Shown here one piece after another: positions 1 through 12,065 of a stretch of DNA of 64,000 bases. The translations under genes and the position numbers were made by a program. The notes under the pieces were generated by a model that ran no database searches, had not been told where the DNA came from, and worked only from the letters and a program-made list of their open reading frames with translations. Source of the stretch: Catajapyx aquilonaris (Eukaryota); NCBI GenBank assembly GCA_000934665.2, contig JYFJ02001709.1:1-64000 (forward strand), read 5' to 3'. How positions within the stretch are numbered: the first letter of the stretch is position 1; each line of letters opens with the position of its first letter.

Positions 1-316
1 TTTCTTTGCGCCATTGATAAGAGGACACAAAACTGCGTAACATATGTTTTTTTCATAAAATTCTCATTGAGTGACTCTAGCTTCATTTCCACCTTAAACT
101 GTCAGCAAGGAGCCAAGTAATTATTCGGCAGGCTCATAATAACCTGATGTGTAATACTAAGGTAATTAAAAAAATTGCCCATTGATTAGTCAATTAGTGT
201 CATAAATGTTGTATAAAATATTAATGTCTTATAAAATATTAATTGTGCAACTGGATATAATGAAACTCTTGTCCTCTTAAACTGAAACATCGCCTTACAT
301 ATTTTTTTGTTGGCAG

Positions 317-2141
317 AATCCAAACCAACCAACAGGCACGGCTGGCTTCATGTCACCTCGGATCACATCTCCTTTGCATCCCTCGAGTGGGGGTGGAGGT
401 GGCGGTGGTAGGGGTGGAGGGGGAATGGGTGGTGGGGGTGGGGGAGGTGGAGGTGGGGGTGGAGGTGGCAGAGGCCGGACTGGAAGGGATCGAGAACTCA
501 TTGGACAAACCATAAAGATTACCCAGGGCCCTTACAAGGGTCACATAGGGATAGTGAAGGATGCCACTGAGTCTACAGCCAGAGTGGAGCTGCACTCAAA
601 GTGTCAGACCATCTCTGTGGACCGAACCAGGATAGCTGTGGTTGGGGCACCTGCTAAAGGTTGCTCCCTATCCTCGTACAGCAGGACACCCGCATATGGT
701 CCAGCAACAACACCAATGTACAGGGATGGATCACGTACTCCCATGTATGGCTCACAGACGCCCATGTATGAGAGTAAGTATCGTGAGTTAAACTTTTGTA
801 GGTGTCAAGAAAAATTCTCATGTGGTACTTGTATTCACAGCTGGTTCAAGAACACCCCACTATGGGAGCATGACCCCGTCCCACGATGGCTCCCGCACTC
901 CAGGTCAGGCTGGAGCCTGGGATCCCACTGTGACCAACACTCCTGCTAGATCTGGTGACTTTGATGAATTCTCATATGAAGAGAACACACCATCACCTGC
1001 TTACAATCCAGGTGAGGTTATGCTGTTGAGTGCTTCATTTATTGCACCCCCTCTGAGCACGAGAAGGTAATTAAATATTTGTCTTCTTAAGGAACTCCGA
1101 GTCCATCTGGATACATGGTGAATCCAAGCCCCTCGGCAGCTTACCAGATGGGAACACCCAGTCCCTCGGGCTACGTGGTAACCCAGAGTCCTGCTGGAGG
1201 TTACCAGCCTACACCCTCACCAGGGTCAAGCTACACAACCATGTCGCCTGTTGGCTATAGCCCTATGACTCCATACAGTGTGCAAGGAGGTATGTGTATA
1301 CGTGAAGGGATGAAAGTGCAGCCTGATCATTTAAAGGTGGCTCATGAGTTTCTGATTAACCCTTTTGATCCAAAGAACTGTCAAGAGCAAGTTTATTGTA
1401 GCTCATGTGAATGCCCATATTTCAGTTGCAGCATCAGATCCACTCCAGATGCAGGACTGGCACACCACTGACATTGAAGTCAGGATCCGTGGGACTCATG
1501 ATGATGCAGGGCTGATTGGACAGACCGGCATCATTCGCAGTATCACTGTGAGTATGAGCGGAGTTTAATCAGGCCCTAGTGCAGCACTTCCCAAAGAAGA
1601 CACTTTTTCAGACTGCAGAACAACTTCTAATATAGGACAAATGCCAATTCATATATTTGGAAAATTATAGCATGTTTCAGCACAAAAAAAAAAAACTGGC
1701 TTGTTATTAGCATGTAATGGTAGAAATTGCATTGCAAGGATACCTTTTGCACTTACAAACTCTCTTGAAAACATGGTGTCTATTCTATAAGTGTGTCATA
1801 GTACTTGAAATTTTATTAATCGTGGTCTCGATTGGTAATTTTCATATGAAATTTTTATACCCTGAGAGCATGATTATCGTCATTAATCATGTTCACTTCC
1901 CATCTTCCAGGGTGGAATGTGTTCAGTATATCTGCCAAAGGAAGATCGAGTGGTGACGATAGTGTCTGAGCATCTGGAGCCTGTGATGCCAGTTCAAGGT
2001 GATCAGGTCAAAGTCATTCTTGGAGAAGACAGGGAGGCCACTGGGAAGCTTGTCTCGACAGACATCCAGGAAGGACTGGTCAAGATTGAAAATGACCTGA
2101 AGATGGTGCAACTCAGATTCTTGTGTCGTATGAAAACGTAA
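317..2141 (+). CDS. Spt5: Transcription elongation factor SPT5, 3' portion (gene begins upstream of the window)
   Basis: Manually spliced exons ~317-773, 841-1011, 1092-1289, ~1426-1547, 1911-2141, all GT-AG and in frame. Contains KOW5 ([34 protein letters not shown]), C-terminal repeats ([27 protein letters not shown]) and the C-terminal KOW region ending [10 protein letters not shown]. Confidence 0.97.
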
Positions 2142-2866
2142 ATCATAGAATTCCAAGTGTTTGCTCGAGAATCATTTTTATAAAATTGACTGTCACTATT
2201 CATTTACTTGCTTTCCCTACAATGCCTCAAGTATTGGCAGTTTGGACTGTATTTCACATGCCATTGTGAAGGCTGGAAGAATTGTGATTTATCAGCAGTA
2301 AGGCAGATCACAATGTAATCATGAATAATAATTGTAACATGATATCGGGATTGTTCCCAATCTTTTTTTCTGAAGGCCTGTGACCTGGGCTTATGTGGCG
2401 CCATAAACACAATTGCGACTTATGTAATACTTGGGTGTCTGGAAATCAAACACTTGGGGATCATGGATTTATAGTTTATTATTACTGTCTCTTGCAGCTT
2501 TAATATGGAAATGATAATCTTGGCATACTGCTGTACCTGAGTGCATTATGGAAAAATATAACCCAAGCTCGACTTGGTGAAAACAAACGTCAATAGAGCA
2601 AAGAATATTGGAGGAGTCAACACCAATTTAAGGCACATTATTTTAATATACATTCTAGCAACACGAAATCCAAATGCATGCTAAACAAATCCATATTGCG
2701 ACATTTTTCTTGTCATTATTTGATATAAGCAAGCGATTTTGGGCCTTTGCACATGTTCTTGGGCAATTATTTGGACACAACAACACTACTATCCTTGAAC
2801 TACAATAAGATCAGAGAATCCATAGCATAGTGCAATAGATTCTTGCAAATAAATGGTGAGGCTCTC

Positions 2867-5728
2867 CTACTTCATCTCTAGGATGAGTTCACGCAGCTTC
2901 TCATGATTGGCTCCAGACATTTCTTGGACCTAGAAGTGCAGTTGCATTATTAGTTTACTTCCTGAATTTGCAAATAATTAAATAATAATAAACAGGTATG
3001 GGTAACCCTACCTTCTCCTTGTTCTTGAAGAACATAAATGTAGGCATGCAGTTGATCTCATATGCCAGCGCAACATCTTCACAGTCATCTACATCTACCA
3101 AAAGGAACACAACGTCCGTGTATTCCTCAGCCATTTCCTGCAAAGGGACAGCAATCAATGGTTTCTGTGGCTTCCTTTCTACCACATGCAATTGGATACT
3201 CACGTGGACTTTGGGTGAAATCAGCTTGCAAGGACCACACCACGTGGCGAAAAAGTCCACCACCACCAGTTTTGTCCCAGCTGAATGTAACTTCTCATCA
3301 AAGTCGTCCTAGATGGTGGAAGAAGGAAAAAATCTTGATAAACATGAAAGTCCACAGTTACCTGTTATAATACGAATGTGCTGATCCTATGTGCTGTTTT
3401 TAAAATGCATTTTTCACGACCATTACATTAAATGCCCACCAAAAGCTGTAAATGACAACATGGAATTCCCTCCAGTAGTTCACACATGCCTTTAATTTTA
3501 TGTTCATTATAAGCAAGGGGATATGGCCCAGGCAGGGAAATACAGTGATCCTGTGTTCCAGAAGTGTGACCTTCCCTGATATCTCTTGTTGCAATTCAAT
3601 CAACCTAGCCATTGCTCAACAGCTTGGCAAAACCCAATGTGGTCATACCCAATGCTCATACCAACTGATTAATTATTATCCAGTGCATTGGGAACTGAGA
3701 CATGTTGTGCGATTTGATAGCACCACCACTGACATTTAAATAAATCATATTTAATGTTTTCTCTTCGCACTGTAAATGTTAGAGTACCTATTTCTAATTA
3801 TTATACCTTTTGAGTACAACGCCATGCTCAGCCAATGTTATGTCCCTGTGTTATGCTCTTTCATGCTGGCTTCAATCTCCTCCTACCAGCACAACTAAAA
3901 TCTCGAGAAATAAGTTGGCACTCTCTCTGAAAAAGTCAGCACGTCAGGGTTGCCCAGAGCTTGTCATGATGATTCTTGGCATTTGTAACCCTATTCCCAA
4001 CTCCAGTGTCAGACAGTCACTCTTCGCCAGATGCAGCCATCCCAAAAATCCCCCCCCCCCCCCCCCCCCCCCCCCCNCTCCACCCCATAATTGATTTTCA
4101 CATTTACACCCTAGCTGGGATTTGTGATCGTAATCAAGACCCAATTTGCTTTCCTGAACGGGATTATATAAATTGTAATGGAATGGGGGAGGGATTTATG
4201 CAAATGTAGTGTATTTAATGCAATTTAAAAATTGCAGCTCCCACTTCTTCAACATCCGCAGGAGGGGTAGGACATGTATGATACATGGAAAAATAGACAA
4301 GAAACAGGCAGATATAAACATCTAGTGGGGTGTGGACACCCTAGCTTGATAAAGGAAGGTTACATGTCTCTGAACAGATGGTAATGTGATAATGTCTGCA
4401 GGTCAGAGAACACGCCTACATCACTCATAGTAATTAAAGTTCTATTTTACCGCGACAATGAAAGAGAGCTTAATGTATGGCTACTTGCATGGGCAACACT
4501 CCAATCAATTTTATCACTACGTTACCAATACACTACTGCATTTAAAAAAATAAAGGCCAGCTACATCATCTCCTTGGCAATAGGCCAATGAGGGCATGTG
4601 TCACTGTAAGCAAGCTGTATTTTTTGTGGATGCAATCGATTATATTTTTTTCGACACTCTGTTAAATGAGAGCTAAAGTCAGATCTCCAGTTAAAGGTGT
4701 AAGGCGCACACATTTGGTCTTGATCTGGGTGTATTAAACTCTCTTGATGCAATAACTGAGCCTCATAAAGCTGACCATCAGTTGAACAAAATGCTACAGT
4801 CACCCTCAGAAGAAGAAAATATGCAGGTCCCACACAGTATTTCATCAGAATAGACAGTGCCTGAAACTAGTGAAGAAATTGCAATACAAACTTGCAGATT
4901 CTCAGATAAAATCAATTAAATACTTAAAAATGATTGTTTCATACTCATCAGCCTCTTCGAGGTAGCAATAGCTGGCAGGATCAGTTTCAAAAGTCCACCA
5001 ACATCATCGAGGCACGTCGTCATCAACAACAAAAACAGAATTCCCTGTGACCTTTGAATCACTATGATACAATGTTTCAAGCTGGAACAAGGTTCATTCT
5101 CATATTTTACAACTGCCTTGTATGCTATTTACAGAAATGCAGCCATGCCTATAGTCTAGACTCTAGAGTACTATAGACCATGAATGACGTGTATCATAAA
5201 ACAAAATTATACTACACATTGGGAGTGTCTCAATACATTTCCTCTGGCCAATAGCTAGTAAAGCAGTCATGTATACAGGGTTTGTCAAATGCACAGCCAC
5301 CAGACTTTTGATGTTGCATCATATCATGACAACCATTGCACCGTTATCTGTCAGGGTCCATTGGAACTCTGCTCCCCATGAACCCAATCCACATTCAAGT
5401 GCAATTCGGTCACACTGCAAATGAGTCATGACTTCTGGAAAACCATCACTTCCTTTACCAGGAAATGACAGATCATGACGCAAAAATGCAGTATAAACTG
5501 TATAGCCATATCCCTGCTCTGTCCTCGTCAGTTTTTTTTTCTCTCTCTCCATGTTTCCGCCAAGGTCGGCCCGCGGGTCGATAGAACGCTTTATTGTCTG
5601 AATAGTGTCGACACAAATCAATTATTATCTGTGTCCACCCCACACCCTCTACGACCCTACCCTCTCCCTCCCCTCCTTTGCTGATCATTACGCAACCTTA
5701 CCTTGCTGCTAATCTCGATCATGCCCAT
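2867..5728 (-). CDS. Trx: Thioredoxin, 106 aa, 4 coding exons
   Basis: Exons 5728-5702 (MGMIEISSK), 3308-3204, 3137-3012 and 2929-2867, all phase-0 GT-AG junctions. Active site [14 protein letters not shown] and cis-Pro motif CMPTF are present. Confidence 0.96.
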
Positions 5729-6140
5729 GGTTGGTGTTGGACGGTTCGGGTGCGACGGCGACGAGAGGACAGGTGGAGGAGCGATCCGCAGGAGATGACC
5801 ACACGTCGAAGAGTGAAGGATTTTTCCGCGGGAAAGCGGGAGAGGGGGCGTCGAATTGGATGAGGGTGGTCACATATCCCGCAACTCATGCAGGGGTGCC
5901 AACATCCACAAGGGGGAATGTGGCCGACGGTGCACTAGACCAGCTGATGTTGGCAACACGGCAACAAGCCGACAACAAACGAATAGAAACAGATAAAAAT
6001 CCGAAACTATTTTTACACCACATTAAGGCTAGGTGAATAGTTAAAAATGAACGTGTCTGTCGGATGCGCGCACTTTTCACATCGGCGTGACTAGCCAGGG
6101 AGGTAATATCGAATGCCGTTGGAAAAGCATTAGTTGCAAT
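5729..6140. promoter_or_regulatory. Bidirectional promoter / 5' UTR region between Trx and TMEM53
   Basis: Divergent ATGs 412 bp apart. Region is CpG-rich relative to the flanking introns. TGGCAACACG at 5951-5960. Confidence 0.75.
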
Positions 6141-9100
6141 ATGGCGGCCGCTTCGGGATCACCAGAAGAAGACGACCTTGAGTATTACGTGAAATTCCCG
6201 ACCCCAGTGCTGCACCAGGACAACAACGGCGGGTCCAACGGGGACGATGACTTCGTGTTCGTGTTCCAGACGGACAAGGAGCCCGTGGTCTTCCTGCTGG
6301 GCTGGGCGGGATGCCACGACGTGCATCTGGCCAAGTACTCCAAGATTTACGAGGACAGGGGGTAAATCTATGGTCTTGGCTCACTCTTTATGGGTTGTAT
6401 GTACTACACATAGATACACATGTGTGCTTCCTGATTTAAGGTGGTGTAATAATTGTTGTCGGTGTTGCAGAAAGTAGTTGCAGGTTGCATGACGATGCCT
6501 GGCATTGTTTTTGTGAGCTTGGACACTTATGTAACGTACCACTCATTGCTAGAAATGCTGAACAGAATGGCAACATGGAAAAATAAATGTCGTTTTGCAA
6601 ACTCATCAGCGCCAACTGGTGATTAACGCCATGGATGCTGCGTTCAGTGCACTGTAAACCGCAAACCATTAAAAGCTCATCACTGTAGTGAGTCTCGGCT
6701 GAGTCTCCCATGGAGGATAAATTTTTAATGCACATGTAATGCTCATGTGGTGCTTTCTTGGTGTTAAGAGGGTAGTTGTGAAAAGGTGCTTTACAAGAGC
6801 TTTAAAAATTGATGCACCATGGGAGACTTACTAATGATGCTCTTTTAATGGTTTGCGGTTTACAGTGTAGTGGTCTGGAATTAATTGGGAAGCATGTGAA
6901 TTGGTTGCAGGTCTGTCACATTACTGCAGGTGAGGGATAAAGGGCGGGACTCTTCAATCGAAATGCTTGGCCTTTTAAAAATGTCGTGTAATGCCAGTGT
7001 AAGGACTGATGCACTCTCTGGAGGATCTGTGAGGCTGTGATGTTACTACATTACCCCCTTACACTACACTGACAATGAGTTATCAACAAAAAGTTGCACT
7101 GTAGTAATGAAAGCAATCTAGTTATGCATTGGTGTTCATGCTGGGCTGCAGGTGTGTATTATGCAGTTCATCATTAGAATAAACGCTATCATAATTATAC
7201 TTTGGTGGTTCTTTAAATCTTTGAGCATGTCTCATGTTTTTAATCAGTTGACAATGGTTTCACAGTATCTCAACATTTAGTGTAATATTTTAAAGGGAAT
7301 ATAAGTAGTGGACATAATAGTGCAGGCTTTTGTGTTTCAAAATTTTGTTTGTAATCTGTAGAACTTGCTAGTGAAATTCTTGTTTTAAAAGCATTGTTTG
7401 AATTATGTCATACCTGAACATGCACCATTTATCTGAAATATACATGTGAGAATGTTTCTTCTGTAGGTTTTATTGGCAATTAAGTTAGGCTCTCTATTTC
7501 TGGCCTAACATAACACTACCAATACACGTGGAAAGGCAGGAATCTGGTTGCCAAAATTACCCCTGAAATCCTCTGTCTGCACCCATTTGATGTAGCTCCT
7601 CATGGGCCTTTTTGTTGCTGTTTATTATTATTTTGTCAATTATGTGCTTTTCAAAACTGGACACTAACTTTTGTTAATGTCAGTTCAGTCCCCATGCAAG
7701 AGACATGCCCCCTATTCTGGACATCCAACTTTTCTCTGCCATTACCGTGACACCCAAAACACTGCATTGTGTGAATATGTGGTGAGAGATATTTCATGCC
7801 CACATCCTCTCTACACAGAGATAATCTAAGGCTTTTGAACCACCTAGCGATACTTTCTTTGGTGCCGTATGATACAAAATATTACTTTATTTTATTTCAT
7901 GCCAATATTTCCAGATGCATAACAATACGCTACACCCCGCCTTCAAGATACGTGTTCTTCAAGCCAGAACGCATGGCCCCTTTGGCATCCCGCCTTGTAG
8001 AGCTGATCTCTGAGATGAACCTGGAGGCCCACCCCATCTTGTTCCATGTTTTCAGCAATGGTGGAGCCCTCTTTTACGCACATGTTATGCGTGTTCTCAA
8101 AGACCCCTCTTCCTGCATTGGTCTGGGAAATGGTTTGGGAGGAAGTGGTGATGGCCCCCAGGGAGGAAGACCTCTCCTGAAGGTCCATGGAGCTGTGTTT
8201 GACAGTGGCCCTGCACCAAGGAGCCTCACGTCTGCTTTCAGGGCAATCACAGCCATCATCAATGACAGACAAGGGTAACTGCTTTCTCATAGAAATGATG
8301 GAGTAATGGCTCATTCAAGCTAGGCATGTTTTTCTTCACATTAACTGTGTAGAAAATATGTTGCAAGTGTAGGCATCAGATATGCCATACATTTCAGAAT
8401 GAGGAACTTTCAAGGATAAAGGGGAATATTGTGAAATGAGTTGCTTAAGTAAAATTAAGAGAGCATATGCAAACTCAACGGGTCATCTAGAAGATAATTT
8501 ATTGAAGAGGTACTCCTTGCTATATATTACTTTAAAAATTAACAAATTGGTGTTATTACTTAGTAGTACTTAGTGTACTTGATGTCACTCAAACATTTAC
8601 TATTCATTAAATTAATCATTGCAGGAATTGTCATGTGGTTAAACAGTGTATAGAGCTGAATTAACTTTTCAGGCAGGTGTGGTATGCTCCAATGGTGGCC
8701 ATGGTGCTAGTTTTTCTCCTGTCCATGAAGCACATGTGGAGTGTCATCCTAGGTATCTTCTGGAAGGGAAGCTCATCTTCCACGTCTCTGATTCCAATCG
8801 CCTTCTCATGGTATGAAGCCATTCGGGACGAAGCCTCCAACTGGCCACAGCTATTTCTGTACTCAAGGGAAGACAAGCTCATCTCATATCAGGTCAGGTT
8901 ACTAATCCATATCTGGAACTGGGTTCACAGACAGCCACGAAATATGCATGGTCTCTCTAAATGACTAAATCATTAGCTGTGATTCTACTGAAGCACCTGT
9001 GAGTATTGCCATCTGTGTAGCAGAAGAACGAACACAATAAATTAAAATGCAACAACTGTTCAAGTATTCCCGATAGGGGACATTTTGCAAATTTGGGTTA

Positions 9101-9501
9101 AGATCCTTCCAAACAGGTGTAAACATAGCTATGCTAATGTATCGTAAGTATAACTAATTTTGATGGTAATGCAAAAGGGGCATTCTATTCTGTATTTAAT
9201 TTATTATCCTTTGGTTGTAGGTATTTGATGGGATTATGATTGTGGTGAATTTGGGGAGCAAATATTGGCTTCTTGGTAACAGTAACTTGTTAAAAACTAA
9301 ATTACTCTGTTTTAGAACGTGGAACAATTGATTGAATGCCGCCGCAGCCAAGGGGCAAAGGTGTCAAGCACCTGCTTTGAGGACTCCGCCCACGTGCAGC
9401 ATCTGAGGAGACATCCCAAGCTGTACGTTGACACAGTGCATAACTTCTTGCAGACATGTCTCTCTGAGGAGGAAGAAGGAGAAAGCAAGAAGAGTGTCTA
9501 A
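6141..9501 (+). CDS. TMEM53: Transmembrane protein 53 (DUF829, alpha/beta-hydrolase-like)
   Basis: Exons 6141-6361, 7915-8274, 8673-8892, 9316-9501 join in frame. Motifs PVVFLLGWAGC..HLAKYSKIYEDRGC, FHVFSNGG, VFDSGP, WPQLFLYSREDKLI, FEDSAHVQHLRRHP. Confidence 0.93.
6650..6867. mobile_element. Fold-back MITE with CAC termini, possibly Transib/CMC-derived
   Basis: Left end CACTGTAAACCGCAAACCATTAAAA, right end TTTTAATGGTTTGCGGTTTACAGTG. Flanks CAGTG and TAGTG form a near-perfect 5-bp TSD. Confidence 0.7.
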
Positions 9502-9805
9502 ACTGGCAAATCTTAAGCGACCCAAATGTTTTAAATTGTATGACCTTCATTGGTAGGCCCATGTCACAATTACGTTATCATGTTTCCTCACCTGTCTCTT
9601 TTACTTGTTCCGCTAGTCTCCAGTCATTCCAAAGAGAATCAGATTACATGTGAATAGTTTGTTTTTTTGCTTGTTTGTAAATTTTCTAGGCTGTGATTTT
9701 ATCTCATCCTCCCCCAGAAATCCTTGTGGATCTGACTTTAGTATTAATTTTCCACTCCCTGACCATTGTTGTAGTCAGTGTGGTGGATAGCACACTTGAA
9801 TCCAA

Positions 9806-10058
9806 TGGGTGGGATTTTCATCCCACTGCTTATAGTTACTGCTAACTGAGCAGTGTCAGTGTTGGCACTGGTACACGGCTGGACATATTAGCAGCCCCTA
9901 AAGATTTTCCATAGTGAGCAGCGCGACAGGCAATCTCCATTCACGCCAGTCACAACGGAATTTTTTAAGGGACTGCTAGTATGTCCAGACTTGTACCAGT
10001 GCCAACACTGACTCTGCAAAGTTGGCAGTAACTAGCAGAGGGATGAAAATTCCACCCA
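9806..10058. mobile_element. Palindromic MITE-like element in the TMEM53 3' UTR
   Basis: Imperfect inverted arms of ~100 bp (e.g. GTCAGTGTTGGCACTGGTAC and GTACCAGTGCCAACACTGAC), upstream of AATAAA signals at ~10208 and ~10218. Confidence 0.75.
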
Positions 10059-10297
10059 ATATTTTAGCGGCACTATTATTTAGGGTAATGTTATTACGTG
10101 GAGGTAAGAAAGTCACTTGTTATTAGCCCAATCCGGGTTTTGTTGTTAAACGGTAATGGTTGTGTGTCTTTTAACTTATAGCCGCAAGCTTTCCTTATGT
10201 TGCGTGCAATAAATGTGCAATAAAAGATTCCATGCAGTATTGTAATGGAGTGTGTTGATGATTTTCAAAGTGACCATTTGAACTTCCCGCTGCCTGT

Positions 10298-10355
10298 ATC
10301 ACGTGACATATGCTCCTTCAAGGGCCATTTGCACGAGTACTTCAGGTGACGTCAC
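10298..10355. promoter_or_regulatory. E-box/CLEAR-like and CRE-like palindromes upstream of AP-3 delta
   Basis: ATCACGTGAC at 10298-10307 and GTGACGTCAC at 10346-10355, next to a CpG-rich segment (~10380-10750). Confidence 0.4.
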
Positions 10356-12065
10356 ACATTATTAATCGCACTCGTTTTTTTTATTGCACCGCCGAGCACT
10401 GAGATTTTCCTCCCCCTTCAATGTCCTCCCCACCCCCCAACCACAACNCCCCCCCCCCCACCCCCCAACCACAACTTATGCGACCCCAGTGGCAGTGTGC
10501 GCAACTAGCCGGGGATTGCCAGCCGACTGCCAGCGTAGAGCGTTCGGGAAGAACAGACCCACAGACAGACAGACCCACGGAAGATTGGAACGGGGTGTCA
10601 TGCCTTGGGACCACTGACACACCACAAGGAGGCCGTACACTGCAGGAGGCGCCGCCGGCAGTCACCCTGCGGAGGCATACGCCTGTTGGTAGGTCAAAGG
10701 GGGTCATTGGTCACGTCGATCAGGCCTGGCGGGTTGGTTGCGGTTTTTTTTAATGGGTGGACGCAGGATATATGGAGTCAACATGTGGGGGGGAAACCTT
10801 GGGAGGAATGAAGGCGGATCTGGAGGATTATGAGGTGGTGCAGGTGAACCATATGGAGGTCAAAGGGCCAGGTGGCAGGGGGTGGCAGCCAGGTGGGAGG
10901 GACACATTGCTGATGGTGTCACGTACGGGCCATGTATATGAACTCTTGCAAAATCATGTCATGTGAGTGATATGGAAGTGGCACATGTTGCGGTCTTGTG
11001 TTCATATTGCTCCCAAGTGTTCCTATGGGGGGGCCATGTGATATGTGCACAAAGTGGGAAGGTTGTGGTGCAAAATCAAAGTTAGGTGTCTCATGTCCTT
11101 GCAGTAGGTGTGATCAATAATCAGGTTATGTCCACCATTACCAGGTCTACTGAAGGTGTTTTGTCGACCTACTGAAAATCTGTGCCCATTGCAAGAAGGG
11201 TGCGCTTTCAGACAACTTGCTAAACACATTCTTTATGCCAAGGTGTGGAGGCTGCTTCTACCAGTATGGTTGCTGTCAGTACCCACTGAAATCCAATTTT
11301 GCTCCTGTGAAGATATACAGAATATCCTAAATCATAATACCAATTTTCTCATCCTAAGGAGAGGTGATAGCAAGTATGCCTAGATTCAATAACACTAGAA
11401 ATGTGAAAAGCAGTATGCTGATAGCTGCGATTGGACCTGTTCCAAACCATTAATTTCCTTTAATGGTTATCATAAGAAGTTAGTATTATTACAATAATCT
11501 CTAGGTTTCATGGGCCTCTCCTAACATCTGGAAGGCTGTCATTATTGCAAAAAGTTGGTTCTGTCAGTGGTGTTTGATGCCAATAATTGTTATATTGGGA
11601 AAATCAGAAATTCATTGCAATTCAGAACTTGGATTATTATTATTATTCAATTCAGCCTAACATTAGCAGAAACTTTTGATAGCTACTTAGGTATCTGCTC
11701 CAGTGTAACTGCTTAACAATAAACAGTTTATAAGAAAAATAAAGCACGTATTTTAATTGGACTACTGTTCTTTATAGAACATTCATAATCTTGCAGTAAA
11801 CGTAGAAATATCTCGTGTATGTTGACAATGTTTATAAAAGCATTCACTGACCAAGTGTGTTATGGGCTGTTATGTGACATGTGAAAGAACAAGGAATTTG
11901 CGTTTTACAGGTCGCTGAACTAGAGTCTCCCAGTTTTCTCTTGTGTATCCATGAGTGATCATGTGTGACCAATGCCCCATCCTTCTTAGTTGCAGCAAAG
12001 AGATCTAGTGGAAACATGAGATAAGAATTTGACTGCACCAGAAGCAGTGATTGTATTGTGCAAGC

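Noticed and set aside
295..595. Poly-Pro and Thr/Pro-rich minus-strand ORFs
   Set aside because: Antisense shadows of the Gly-rich linker of Spt5.
3810..4209. ORFs with poly-Pro or poly-Gly
   Set aside because: Produced by a poly-C tract containing an N in Trx intron 1; tract length is unreliable.
5149..5177. CTAG-rich short palindromes (also at ~14207, ~32233, ~51686)
   Set aside because: Short and low in complexity; no consistent unit or function can be supported.
10381..10811. Overlapping GC-rich ORFs
   Set aside because: No recognisable domain and they span a poly-C/N tract; more likely promoter or UTR.
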